Source of the DNA: a virus
Taxonomy: Duplodnaviria; Caudoviricetes
Length of the DNA stretch: 49,900 nucleotides
Direction: 5' to 3' (one strand)
IMG/VR virus record: IMGVR_UViG_3300042360_000665
Span: 1 to 49,900 of that record
Shown here one piece after another: positions 17,141 to 26,981 of this stretch. The first letter of the stretch is position 1, and the number at the start of each line of letters is the position of its first letter. Both the position numbers and the translations under genes were made by a program. The notes below the pieces were generated by a model. The model ran no database searches and was not told the origin of the DNA. It saw nothing but the letters and a program-made list of their open reading frames with translations.

Positions 17141-19356
17141 CAGCCAGCCAACAGCTGAGCAACGGCGCGATCTACCTCTTCAGGTGCATCGAACCAGTAC
17201 TCCTCAAGTAACGGTTTGAGTTCGCTGTCTATCACTTCGTTGAACCAGTCACGCGTATCACGGCCCTCCATGCTCTGGGTGGGCGTGATGTAGCTGTGGC
17301 CGATTCGGAATGCCTTGCCCAGGCGGTTGTCTGCTGCGATCGTTTGGTTGAGCTGGATGAAACGCTGCTGAATCTTTGCTGCGGTAGCAGCATCCATCTG
17401 GCGCCGATTCACCACCCAATCGCTCCAGGCTTCACCTAGGGAGGGCTCGAGATTGATGAAGGCGAAGCGACGACGGAAGGCCAGGTCAACAAGCGCCAGG
17501 GATCGATCGGCGATGTTCATCGTGCCGATCACAAACAGGTTTTCCGGAACATAGACGGGTCTGTTGATGCCGTCTGGGTCGGGGTAGCAGAGCTGCATTG
17601 CATCGCGGGGGGTGCGCTTGCCGGCCTCCAGCAGAGTGAGCAGCTCACCGAAAATCTGGGCAGGGTTGCCGCGGTTGATCTCCTCGATCACCAGCACATA
17701 GCGCTCTGATGGTTCAGCCAGGGCAGCTTTGACCATCTGCATGAACACGCCTTCATGAAGGGTCAGACCACCATTTCCACTAGGGCGCCAGCCACGCACG
17801 AAGTCTTCGTAGGAGAGGTTGGGGTGGAACTGAACGACACGCAGCTGAGGCTCCTGCGCTTCATAGCCAATGAGGGCCATGCCGAGGCGTTTGGCCAGCC
17901 AGGTTTTGCCGGTGCCGGGAGGGCCCTGGAGGATCAGGTTCTTCTTCTCGCGGAAACGCCGCAGGATGCGTTCAAGTTCTTCTCGGGGCAAGAAGCTGCC
18001 TTCAGCCAGGACGTTGTCGATTCCGTAGGGAATGATCGGCTTGACGGTGTCCACGCTTGCGGGCTCGTCCGTGCCAGTGGTCTCCTCTTCTTCATCCGAA
18101 CTAGGCGGCAAGACCGTTTGGCCGGTGTAATGCCAAGCTTCAAGGCATAGCTCTGGGAACGAGTGCACACTGAAGTCCGGCTCCTCAAAGCGCTGGCGGA
18201 GACTGTCGAGCAGCTGAAGATAGTCGGAGGACGTGGTGCGTTTCTTGGGACTGTTGAGGCCAATCGGTAGCCGCAGTTTTTCGGTGATGTAGGAGCGAGA
18301 GCGCTCATCAAGGCTCAGAAAGCACCAAGGCCTGCTCCAGTAGAGGCCGAAGGTGAGGTTCCAAGCCACGCCATAGAGCTCCATGGCCGTATCAAAATCG
18401 CTTGAGAATTGCTGCTGGGTAGACTCATCTTCTGCATCAGCTACCTGCAGGCAGCTGCAGAACACACGCCAGAGCTTGTCGATGTGTTCGGCGGAGCGGT
18501 CTTTCGTATAGGGAAACAACCAGGATTTCCTGTTGTCGAGCACCGGGATTCCATCGAAGCATTCTGGAGCCGGCTCGCTGACATTCAGGAATTTGGCCAA
18601 CTCAGATGCAATGTCATTGCGGGTGCTGTCCTTGATTCCGCGGTTAAATAGACCGAAGAGCGTAAAGGGGTCTATGTCACGGATGAATCCCTTGCTGCCG
18701 TCGTCGAACTGATCGCCACTGAGCAGACCCAGCCCTTCTACGCGTTGCTGTAGCTGGTTCAAGAAATCGATTAAGGGCCTGCGATTGTCTGCAAAAGGGA
18801 CAAGCGCATCTGCGATGGCCTGATAGAAACGTATCCATCGGAAGCGCTTAAGCTCGGCAGGATCTGTGGCGAATCGATCACGCCAGAATGGGTCGTTCCG
18901 GAAGCGGTCCAGATCCTGAGGCTGATCACTAAACGCAAAGGCGATCAGTGCATCGGCAGCCCAGTCGCCGGGGCGTACTTTCCAGATCGTGCGCTGGTAA
19001 GTATAGAAGTACCACTCACTAGGCGGGCTGGTCTTTCTCCAATGCACGCGAATCCTGCGGCCATCGCCAGGGTTCTCAGCAATGGTCCCTGTGGCCTTGA
19101 TGGCCATGACCGAAACGGTCTGTCCGCGGTTGTCAAACGGAAGATTATTCTTGCGGGTAAAGGCAGCTTTTATGGCGATTCGTTCACCCACCCTCATGGA
19201 GCGAACGACATCCAAATATTTATCTTCGAAGCCATGTTCCCAGATACCTTCCTCAATGAAGCGATCCGTCTGATCGTTTTGGCCACCTAAACTCGCCCCT
19301 ACAAACCAGCAGGGGTTGGAGTCCTGATCTCGCGAAGGGGCTTGAGCACTCAACAT
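17137..19356 (-). CDS. mcrB: McrB-family AAA+ GTPase with long N-terminal region
   Basis: NLILQGPPGTGKT, VQFHPNLSYEDFV, IEEINRGN, GTMNIADRSLA..D.AFRRRF. Confidence 0.92.
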   Translation of the reverse strand: MLSAQAPSRDQDSNPCWFVGASLGGQNDQTDRFIEEGIWEHGFEDKYLDVVRSMRVGERIAIKAAFTRKNNLPFDNRGQTVSVMAIKATGTIAENPGDGRRIRVHWRKTSPPSEWYFYTYQRTIWKVRPGDWAADALIAFAFSDQPQDLDRFRNDPFWRDRFATDPAELKRFRWIRFYQAIADALVPFADNRRPLIDFLNQLQQRVEGLGLLSGDQFDDGSKGFIRDIDPFTLFGLFNRGIKDSTRNDIASELAKFLNVSEPAPECFDGIPVLDNRKSWLFPYTKDRSAEHIDKLWRVFCSCLQVADAEDESTQQQFSSDFDTAMELYGVAWNLTFGLYWSRPWCFLSLDERSRSYITEKLRLPIGLNSPKKRTTSSDYLQLLDSLRQRFEEPDFSVHSFPELCLEAWHYTGQTVLPPSSDEEEETTGTDEPASVDTVKPIIPYGIDNVLAEGSFLPREELERILRRFREKKNLILQGPPGTGKTWLAKRLGMALIGYEAQEPQLRVVQFHPNLSYEDFVRGWRPSGNGGLTLHEGVFMQMVKAALAEPSERYVLVIEEINRGNPAQIFGELLTLLEAGKRTPRDAMQLCYPDPDGINRPVYVPENLFVIGTMNIADRSLALVDLAFRRRFAFINLEPSLGEAWSDWVVNRRQMDAATAAKIQQRFIQLNQTIAADNRLGKAFRIGHSYITPTQSMEGRDTRDWFNEVIDSELKPLLEEYWFDAPEEVDRAVAQLLAGW

Positions 19357-19427
19357 CAATAGATAGCGACGGAATCCGAGGGCCTCGTACGAGACAGGCC
19401 ATATCAGGGGGCTAGAAACAATCCTGG

Positions 19428-22391
19428 TTAGTAGTACTGCTTCACGTAGCCATAGGCCTTCTCAAACAGCTCTTGATCTTGGTGCAGCTTGTACTTGAGC
19501 AGGCTCTTCCTCAACGCACTCCTCACTTCACGTTCCCCAGCACTGGTTTGCTGCCAGCCCGGGAAACGTACTAGGCGAACGATCTCATCGATGTCGGAGA
19601 CAACGCGCTCAACTATCACTGGGGTGCTCTCAGTACGCACCTGCTGGAACAGCTCGGTGAGCGCCGCTTTGCCGCGGTCCTCGTCTTCTTCGGGTGGGGT
19701 GTCGTTCTCGGCTGCTACCAGGTCTTGGGCAAGGCTAAGCAGCTCCTTGAGGAAGTCGATGCTCTGGATCAGGCCCTGCGCGTGGCGTTCCCGTAGGGCT
19801 TCCAGCCGCTCTGAAAGGGCCTTGTAGCGCGGGGTGCCCATGTGCTTTCGCAGCCGGGCGGTGAGTTTGAGGTCGATCTCCTTTGCTTTCTTCTTGGGAT
19901 CGGCCGTCATCACCGCTTCAAGCAAGTCGGCGTCGAGCACCAGGGTGTCGAGGTCATCGCGCACGGCCTCAACATGCACGTTCTGGTGGATGAGCTCGAT
20001 GGTCTTGGCCCCGAGCGCATGCCAGATGAGCTTGCCCGTGCCACTCGTGGGTTGAACGGAGACATAGACCTGGGTCAGCCAGCGGTAGTCGGCCTCAAAC
20101 GGCAACAGCACCGGATCGGGCGAGATCGCCTCCCAGAGCTTGCCGAGCACCGAATACTCAGCAGCGAAGGCATCGCGGACGTTGTTGTTGGGAAGGCAGT
20201 CTTGGGCAGCAATCAGCCCCTCGTAGCCGCCCACGCTGCGATCCACGCCGGGGAAGAAGGCAAGACACTTCTGCATGGCCACGGCGACCTGCGCCTTCTC
20301 CGCGGCCAGCGTGCCTGCAACGGCGCTCATACCCTCTTCATCGAACTCCAGCGACTTGGCCACGTCGTCGAAAACACCGAGGTAGTCGACGATCAACCCA
20401 TGGGTCTTCCTGTCGCCGTAGGTGCGGTTGGTGCGGCAAATGGCCTGGAGCAACGTGTGCGCCTTGAGTGGCTTGTCCAGGTACATCGCCTGGAGGACGG
20501 GGGCATCGAAGCCGGTGAGCAGCTTGGCGGTCACGATCAGGAGCTTGAGGGGATCGTTGGGGTCGCGGAAACGGTTGAGGAGCTTCTCTTCCTCGTCGCG
20601 GCTGCGGTCATAGGGCTTGAAGCGCTCGTCTTTACCGGTGGCAGAGATCACAACCTCGCTGGCCTCTGGTGGTAGCACCTGATCGAGGGCAGCCTTGTAA
20701 AGCAGGCAGCACTCTTGATCGAAGGTGACCACCATCCCCTTGAAGCCATTGGGGGCAACGGATTCCTGGTAGTGCTTGGCGATGTCCGCGCAGACGCGTT
20801 GAACACGCTCGGGAGCCTTTACCAGCACGGCCATGCGGCTGGCGTGCTTAGCGAGTTGGTCCCGGTCAAGGTCAGACAGTTCGCCGGTGAGGGCGGCATA
20901 GGCCTCGTCGATGGCGGCCTTGTCGATGTGCAGGTCCACCAGGCGGGGCTCGAAGTGGAGCTTGAGGGTGGCGCCATCGCGGATCGACTCCTCGAAGCCG
21001 TAGCGGCTCATGTAGCCGCGAGGGTCCTCCTCTGCACCGAAGGCGTAATAGGTGTTGCGATCGATCCGGTCAATGGGAGTGCCGGTGAGGCCAAACAGAA
21101 AGGCATTGGGAAGAGCGCCGCGCATCTTCATGCCGAGGCCGCCCTCCTGAGTGCGGTGCGCTTCGTCGACGAGCACGATGATGTTGTCGCGATCGTTGAG
21201 CACCCCTTCTGCTTCCCCGAAGCGGAAGATCGTGGTGATGATGATCTTGCGGGTGTCCTGCTGGAGCAGGCGCATCAGATCGGCGCGGGTTTCACCCTTC
21301 ACCAGGTTGGGCACATCGCTGGCGTGGAAGGTGCCACTGATCTGGGCATCGAGGTCGATGCGGTCGACCACGATTACAACGGTGGGGTTGCCGAGCACGG
21401 GATGTTGGCGGAGCTTCTGGGCCGCAAACACCATCAACAGCGACTTGCCTGATCCCTGGAAATGCCAGATCAGTCCTTTGCGGGGCTGGCCCGCCAGCAC
21501 CCGCTGCACAATCAGGTTGGCGGCTTCCACCTGCTGGTAGCGGGCCACCACCTTGATGCGGCGGCTCTTGTCGTCGGTGGCGAAGAGGGTGAAGTGGGCA
21601 AGGAGATCAAGGATCACCGCAGGCCGCAGCAGCCCGGAGATCGAAGCCTTGAGCTCCGCAAGGGAGCCTGGGGCCACTTCCCCATCACCACGCCATGGCC
21701 CCCAGAGCTTGAGCGGACAGCGGATCGAGCCATACATCAGCTCCTTGCCTTCGCTGGCCACAGAGAACACGTTGGCGACGAACAGCTCAGGCACATTGCG
21801 CTCGTAGTCGTCATGGATCTGGAGGGCGCCATCGAGCCAGCTCACGGCCTTGCGCACCGGCGTTTTGGCTTCGATCAAGACCAGTGGGAAGCCGTTGACC
21901 AACAGCACCAGATCGGCGCGGCGTTCGGCTGGGCCGGCGCGGACGGTGAATTGGTTGGTGACGACGTACTGGTTGTTTTCTGGGTCTTCCAAGTCGAGCA
22001 GGCGGACGGTGACGTGCTCGTTGTTCGGCCCAAAGGGCATCGATCGATCGCCCCGCAGCCAGGCCGTCATCTCCTCATTGGCCTTGATCAGACCGTCGGA
22101 GCGCACGGAGAGCACGATGGCCCGCAGCTTGTAGATCACCTCATCAGCGCGGTCGGGAACGGCAGCGATCTCGGGGTTGAGGTGGATCAGCGATTCCCGA
22201 ACCCAGGGCTCAACGAGAACCTCGTGGGGCATGCGGGGGACGCTGGCCGGCGGGAGGTGGTGCCAGCCAAGCCCTGTGATCATGCCGTTTTTGCGCGCGA
22301 AGCCAGGGCCGACGGCTGTGTAGTCACCAGTTCCGCCAGCAAGCAGGTCGCGGAAGAGGTTTTCGACGGTTGTGGATTCGTTGAAAGTCAT
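19428..22391 (-). CDS. hsdR: Type I restriction endonuclease R subunit
   Basis: RADLVLLVNGFPLVLIEAK, WHFQGSGKS, VDEAHRTQ, GLTGTP, LLTGFDAP, LLQAICRTNR. Confidence 0.95.
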   Translation of the reverse strand: MTFNESTTVENLFRDLLAGGTGDYTAVGPGFARKNGMITGLGWHHLPPASVPRMPHEVLVEPWVRESLIHLNPEIAAVPDRADEVIYKLRAIVLSVRSDGLIKANEEMTAWLRGDRSMPFGPNNEHVTVRLLDLEDPENNQYVVTNQFTVRAGPAERRADLVLLVNGFPLVLIEAKTPVRKAVSWLDGALQIHDDYERNVPELFVANVFSVASEGKELMYGSIRCPLKLWGPWRGDGEVAPGSLAELKASISGLLRPAVILDLLAHFTLFATDDKSRRIKVVARYQQVEAANLIVQRVLAGQPRKGLIWHFQGSGKSLLMVFAAQKLRQHPVLGNPTVVIVVDRIDLDAQISGTFHASDVPNLVKGETRADLMRLLQQDTRKIIITTIFRFGEAEGVLNDRDNIIVLVDEAHRTQEGGLGMKMRGALPNAFLFGLTGTPIDRIDRNTYYAFGAEEDPRGYMSRYGFEESIRDGATLKLHFEPRLVDLHIDKAAIDEAYAALTGELSDLDRDQLAKHASRMAVLVKAPERVQRVCADIAKHYQESVAPNGFKGMVVTFDQECCLLYKAALDQVLPPEASEVVISATGKDERFKPYDRSRDEEEKLLNRFRDPNDPLKLLIVTAKLLTGFDAPVLQAMYLDKPLKAHTLLQAICRTNRTYGDRKTHGLIVDYLGVFDDVAKSLEFDEEGMSAVAGTLAAEKAQVAVAMQKCLAFFPGVDRSVGGYEGLIAAQDCLPNNNVRDAFAAEYSVLGKLWEAISPDPVLLPFEADYRWLTQVYVSVQPTSGTGKLIWHALGAKTIELIHQNVHVEAVRDDLDTLVLDADLLEAVMTADPKKKAKEIDLKLTARLRKHMGTPRYKALSERLEALRERHAQGLIQSIDFLKELLSLAQDLVAAENDTPPEEDEDRGKAALTELFQQVRTESTPVIVERVVSDIDEIVRLVRFPGWQQTSAGEREVRSALRKSLLKYKLHQDQELFEKAYGYVKQYY

Positions 22392-23533
22392 GCCAACAAT
22401 AACGAGTGCATCGTACGTTTGTACAAATTCAACATGAAATCTCTACGGCGCTGCAACTCAAGTAACGCTTGCATGGAAGAGCGATAGTCGCCCACAATCT
22501 GTAGTTGCGACTCCAGGCTGATTATGGGAATCTTGATACGCCTGATCCCAGATTGAAAGAGATTTCCCTGGGCCGTCTGATTTGTAAGGCCACGGATTTG
22601 ACGCTGTGCCTGGATGGACTGAAGATAAATATGCAAAAACTCGTGATTTAGCTTTTCGGGGTCCGAGCGAATTAAAGCAACACTACGCACCATTGCTATA
22701 CGCTCATTCTTTGGCACACAACAAACTCTCCCTACTGATCCCGAGCAGGAGACAAGTACATCGCCCCATCGCGGGAGGACTCGTTTAGAAAGACGTTCGT
22801 AGGTCTCTTCGGAGATGTAGTCAACATTCGATAAGTCCAGGCCGGAATCCCGCACATTGCGGGCCGAGAGTAAGTAGATCCCTTCGGGAGTTCGGGGTGG
22901 CGTTGAGTGCTCACCATCAGTAACGAGCTCACACGCCTCACCAAGAAACTGGACGCTGCAGTTGGCAAAAGCACGCAAATTCATGGAATCTCGGGTACAG
23001 ATCAATGCTGCAGAAGCATTCTCGTACTCGACCAGCACATTGCGCACAAGCAAAAGCAATTCAGCAATCTGTTTCTGCTCCTCTAACGGCGGCATCGCGA
23101 ACTCATATTTCGCAAGACTCTTCCAGTTGGTGCGTGGTGATAGAGAGCCTGCCGAAGTACCAACCGCGTATTCAAAGAATGAGTCTGTCTGACAAATGTA
23201 GGGCAGGAGTTCCTGAAGTAACTGCGTTTGATCTGCAGTCTCAAAGACATAGATGTCACCTGAGCAGATCGCATCAAAAACGGCCACTGCCACCTTGCGC
23301 TGGTAAGCGCGCCGTTTGCCGAACAGCACCTGCCCAGGACGAACCCGATTGCTGAAAGTGGTGCCATCGGCCACATCCGCCCAGGAACGCACACGCAGAT
23401 CGCCCGGCTCGAGATGCTCCAGGCCGATCACCCGCTTGATCCCTGCGGCTTCCGGGTCTTTGCAGGTTTCTTTGTTGAGGCGCACCACCTCGCCAAACTT
23501 CACCCACTGCCAGCCTGGCTTCAGTTCACTCAT
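22388..23533 (-). CDS. hsdS: Type I R-M specificity subunit
   Basis: GWQWVKFGEV, PPLEEQKQIA, two TRDs, lower GC. Confidence 0.92.
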   Translation of the reverse strand: MSELKPGWQWVKFGEVVRLNKETCKDPEAAGIKRVIGLEHLEPGDLRVRSWADVADGTTFSNRVRPGQVLFGKRRAYQRKVAVAVFDAICSGDIYVFETADQTQLLQELLPYICQTDSFFEYAVGTSAGSLSPRTNWKSLAKYEFAMPPLEEQKQIAELLLLVRNVLVEYENASAALICTRDSMNLRAFANCSVQFLGEACELVTDGEHSTPPRTPEGIYLLSARNVRDSGLDLSNVDYISEETYERLSKRVLPRWGDVLVSCSGSVGRVCCVPKNERIAMVRSVALIRSDPEKLNHEFLHIYLQSIQAQRQIRGLTNQTAQGNLFQSGIRRIKIPIISLESQLQIVGDYRSSMQALLELQRRRDFMLNLYKRTMHSLLLA

Positions 23534-24638
23534 TGATCTTCTCCTCCGGCCAGCAGTAGCTCACCTTCAAGTGTTTGAAGTGGGTGTGAGGTAGCCAACC
23601 CTCATGCTGCATTCGGCCTACCACGATGCCTGGTGCAATGCCGAGGGCCTTGGCAGCCGCCTTCAACTCCTGTTCGGAGCGCAGCCCCTGCAGTTTCTGG
23701 GCTGCAGCAGACGGGATTAACTGATCAGCAGCGAAGCGATCGGCTTCGGCCTCATGCTCTTCATCCACACCATCGAGGCCATCCACAAAGGTGGCCTTCT
23801 TGCCGTGCTTGAGGATGTGGCCAGCCTCATGGAACAGCGTGAACCAGAGGTGATCGTTGGTTTTGTGCCGCAGGCTCAGGGCGATCAGGGCTCGATCCGG
23901 GCTCAGCCACTGGGTGGCCCCACTCACCCGGCAGCCCGGTGGGGCTGGCACGAACACCACCGCCACACCGGCAGCGCCGGTCAGGGCCTGCAGCTGCGGC
24001 ACAAACACCGTGGGATCCGCTTCGCAGCTGAGGGGGCGAATCTCTTGCAGCGCCGCTCGGAATGCCTTGGCTTCATAGGGTCTGCAGGTAATCGAGGCCG
24101 CTTGCGTTTCGGCGCGGCGCAGCCAACTGGCCAGGGCTCCTTGCTGCGTGGCATAGCTTTTGGAGGTGCGATACACGGCCAGGGGCTGGCCGTAGCGCTC
24201 CCGCCAGGCCTCGATCGACGCCACCGCGAAGAACTTCAGGCACGCCGAAACCTGTTGGCCGGCATGGCTGCACGTGACCACCCAGCCCTGGCCTTGCATC
24301 CAACGCAAGGGCAGTTCTTTCAGCCAGTCCTTTTGGCTGGCCAACTGATCGAGCTGTTGGAGGCGCACCAGATCCTGCTGGTAGTTGGCCTCCAGCCGCA
24401 GCCAGAAGCCGGCGTCATGGCCGAGCACCCGCTCCAGCCGTTCGGCCGTATCGGCCGTGATCGATGCTCGGCCCTTGAGCAGTTCATTCACATGCTTGGC
24501 GCTGAAATCCAGCCGCTGGGCCAGCTCGGCGCGGGTCCAGCCGTGCTCCTCAAGCACCTCCTCGATCAGATCCCCGGGGGGAGAGGCCCAGTCGGCGTTG
24601 AAGCTGGCGTTGGTGGTGGGGGTGGCGGTTTCAACCAT
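23526..24638 (-). CDS. higA: HigA-type XRE antitoxin fused to ImmA/IrrE (M78) metallopeptidase
   Basis: PPGDLIEEVL..GWTRAELAQRL..ITADTAERLE..FWLRLE; WFTLFHEAGH zincin motif. Confidence 0.85.
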   Translation of the reverse strand: MVETATPTTNASFNADWASPPGDLIEEVLEEHGWTRAELAQRLDFSAKHVNELLKGRASITADTAERLERVLGHDAGFWLRLEANYQQDLVRLQQLDQLASQKDWLKELPLRWMQGQGWVVTCSHAGQQVSACLKFFAVASIEAWRERYGQPLAVYRTSKSYATQQGALASWLRRAETQAASITCRPYEAKAFRAALQEIRPLSCEADPTVFVPQLQALTGAAGVAVVFVPAPPGCRVSGATQWLSPDRALIALSLRHKTNDHLWFTLFHEAGHILKHGKKATFVDGLDGVDEEHEAEADRFAADQLIPSAAAQKLQGLRSEQELKAAAKALGIAPGIVVGRMQHEGWLPHTHFKHLKVSYCWPEEKINE

Positions 24639-24960
24639 GGGTGTCTCCAATCTCCAGGAGGCGCACGCTGCTCACCTGCTGCCAGTCGATGCCGCCGGAG
24701 GGCAGGGTTGGCGGTGGCTGATCGGTGGGCTCGAACAGAAGGCGCATCGGGCCATCGAGGTCGACGGAGTATTGGCCGGAACGGTCTTCAGTGAGGGCGT
24801 GGGGACGACCAAGCTGAAGCTGGCTCAGGTTCTCCACGGCCCGCAGCTCGTTCAGGCGGGTCTTAAGACGTTTGGCGCGCTTTTCGCCGAGCTCTTTGCG
24901 CTGGTGCTTGTCCTGTTCGCAGAGGCGCTGGATTTTCTTGCTGGCGTAGGTGATCTGCAT
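24631..24960 (-). CDS. higB: HigB/RelE-like toxin
   Basis: RPHALTEDRSGQYSVDLDGPMRLLF...IGDTHG; toxin-first order, overlapping higA. Confidence 0.8.
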   Translation of the reverse strand: MQITYASKKIQRLCEQDKHQRKELGEKRAKRLKTRLNELRAVENLSQLQLGRPHALTEDRSGQYSVDLDGPMRLLFEPTDQPPPTLPSGGIDWQQVSSVRLLEIGDTHG

Positions 24961-24969
24961 CCTAAGCCA

Positions 24970-26508
24970 TCACTCTTGATTTTCCTTCACCGAATCAGTT
25001 AAGGAAACCTCAGCCACGAGCCCATCCAGCATGGCCACCACGCCGTCCATCTGTTGCCAGAACTCCTGCCCCGAGGCCTCCCAGGTCTCCCAAGCGTCCT
25101 GCAGGGTGGCTGGTTGTCCACCCCCTTCTCCTCCTGCAGCCGCCGCCGGCCGTTTCACGTAGAGCGGGATTGACAGGCTGAAGTCGTTCGCCGCAATCGC
25201 CTCCAGGCTGGCCACCGCCGCAAACCCCTCCTCATTGGCAAAGGCGCCGTAGGCCCCGGCAATGCGGGCTTGATGCTCAGGCCGCAGGAAGCTCATCGCC
25301 CGCTCCCGGGAAACCTCGTTCACGGCATCGATCAGCAGCACCTTGCCGCGGCGATCAACAGGCTTTCGGCTGCGGCAGAACACCACGCAGGCCTCCATCG
25401 GCGAGTTGTAAAACAGGCCTGCCCCCAACCCCAGCACGCAGTCCACCAGGTCGGCCTCCACGAGCTTGCGACGCAGCTCGGACTCCTCCTTGCGGAACAG
25501 CACCCCATGCGGAAACAGGACCGCGCAACGGCCTGTCGTTGGATCCATGCTGCGCAGGATGTGTTGAAAGAAGGCGTAGTCAGCCCTGCCCTGGGGCGGG
25601 GTGCCGAGGAAGTTGCGTCCCCAGGGATCGCTCTGCCAGGCCTCCCGGTTCCATTGCTTGATCGAATAGGGCGGGTTGGCAAGCACCACATCGAAGCTGC
25701 GAAGTGCATCGTGTTCGCTGAAACCGGGCGCCGCCAAGGTGTCGCCGCGGGCGATCTCGCTGTCCTCCACGCCGTGCAGCACCAGGTTCATGCGGGCGAT
25801 CGAGGCCGTCATGTGGTTCCGCTCCTGGCCGTAGAGCTGCAGGGTGCGGTGCTCGCCGCCCTTGCGCTTCACCTCAGCCAGGGCCGAGATGAGCATGCCG
25901 CCGGTGCCACAGGTGGGGTCGTAGATGCGATCACCGGGCTGCGGGTCCAGCATCTGCACCATCAGGTGCACCAAGGTGCGGTTGGTATAGAACTCCTGCG
26001 CCGTGTGGCCGCTGTCGTCGGCGAACTTCTTGATCAGAAACTCGTAGCCATTGCCAAGTTCGTCCTCCGGCACATGGAACAGAGATAGGGATTGGCTGGA
26101 GAAGTGCTCCAGCAGGTTCTTGAGGGTTTCATCGGGGAGGCGCTCCTTGTTGGTCCAGGGCGCATCGCCGAAAATGCCATCGAGCTTGCCCGGGTTGGCG
26201 GCCTCGATCGAACGCATGGCGTTCTGGAGGGCTCGACCTACGTCCTTCGCTACGGCCCGCACATCCGACCAGTGGGCCCCGGGCGGGATCACGAAGCGGT
26301 CGTTGGCGGTGGCCTGCGCGTAGGCGGTATCGCCCTCTGATTCATGCATCGCATCGGAATAGTCCTCGTCCCACACATCAGAGAGGCGCTTGTAGAACAG
26401 CAGCGGGAACACGAACTGCTTGTAGTCGCCGGCATCCACCAGGCCGCGCAGCTGTACAGCGGCTGCCCAGAGGTAGGACTCGAGGTCGGATTGAGTGAGT
26501 GTTGTCAT
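24970..26508 (-). CDS. hsdM: Type I MTase subunit M2, NPPY type (predicted m4C)
   Basis: LESYLWAAA, EFYT, YDPTCGTGGML, VLANPPYS. Confidence 0.92.
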   Translation of the reverse strand: MTTLTQSDLESYLWAAAVQLRGLVDAGDYKQFVFPLLFYKRLSDVWDEDYSDAMHESEGDTAYAQATANDRFVIPPGAHWSDVRAVAKDVGRALQNAMRSIEAANPGKLDGIFGDAPWTNKERLPDETLKNLLEHFSSQSLSLFHVPEDELGNGYEFLIKKFADDSGHTAQEFYTNRTLVHLMVQMLDPQPGDRIYDPTCGTGGMLISALAEVKRKGGEHRTLQLYGQERNHMTASIARMNLVLHGVEDSEIARGDTLAAPGFSEHDALRSFDVVLANPPYSIKQWNREAWQSDPWGRNFLGTPPQGRADYAFFQHILRSMDPTTGRCAVLFPHGVLFRKEESELRRKLVEADLVDCVLGLGAGLFYNSPMEACVVFCRSRKPVDRRGKVLLIDAVNEVSRERAMSFLRPEHQARIAGAYGAFANEEGFAAVASLEAIAANDFSLSIPLYVKRPAAAAGGEGGGQPATLQDAWETWEASGQEFWQQMDGVVAMLDGLVAEVSLTDSVKENQE

Positions 26509-26981
26509 TAGGATGGCTCTTCAGCGGGCTTTCTTCTGATCTTCATTCGAGCCATCAGATTGACCTCATATCTTGCGGCGAAGCTGGTTACTTCGGCCGT
26601 CGCATTGAGGATGACAGCGATTTCCTCTGTCGCACGTTCACGACTCAGAGTGGCGCGTTTTCCGTGGATGATCTCGTTACGCGTCTGAAATACCTTTTTG
26701 ACTGCATCCCAGTCACTAACAGCATCGCGCAAGCCTGGCTTGCCAGCAGCCCCCACCAAGGCTTTCCAGCCATCCTCATAAGCGCCAATTGACTTGTACT
26801 TCTTCTCAATCGTTTCTCGCGCTTCTTTTGTTGGCCCCGATGAAAGTGCAACAATTGCCCGTCGGATTGTGCGCTCAAGATCGGCCGCAGCAAGAATAAA
26901 TGCTATGGCGGGTTCTCCCTCGTCGATCGAGCGCTGAATCCTGGCTTGTCGGTTCTCAAGTGAATCGGAAACCCGAAACAT
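26508..26981 (-). CDS. HEPN-domain protein
   Basis: Rx4H motif RNEIIH in a helical 157-aa protein; TGATG/TAATG coupling to both hsdM genes; GGAGG RBS. Confidence 0.6.
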   Translation of the reverse strand: MFRVSDSLENRQARIQRSIDEGEPAIAFILAAADLERTIRRAIVALSSGPTKEARETIEKKYKSIGAYEDGWKALVGAAGKPGLRDAVSDWDAVKKVFQTRNEIIHGKRATLSRERATEEIAVILNATAEVTSFAARYEVNLMARMKIRRKPAEEPS

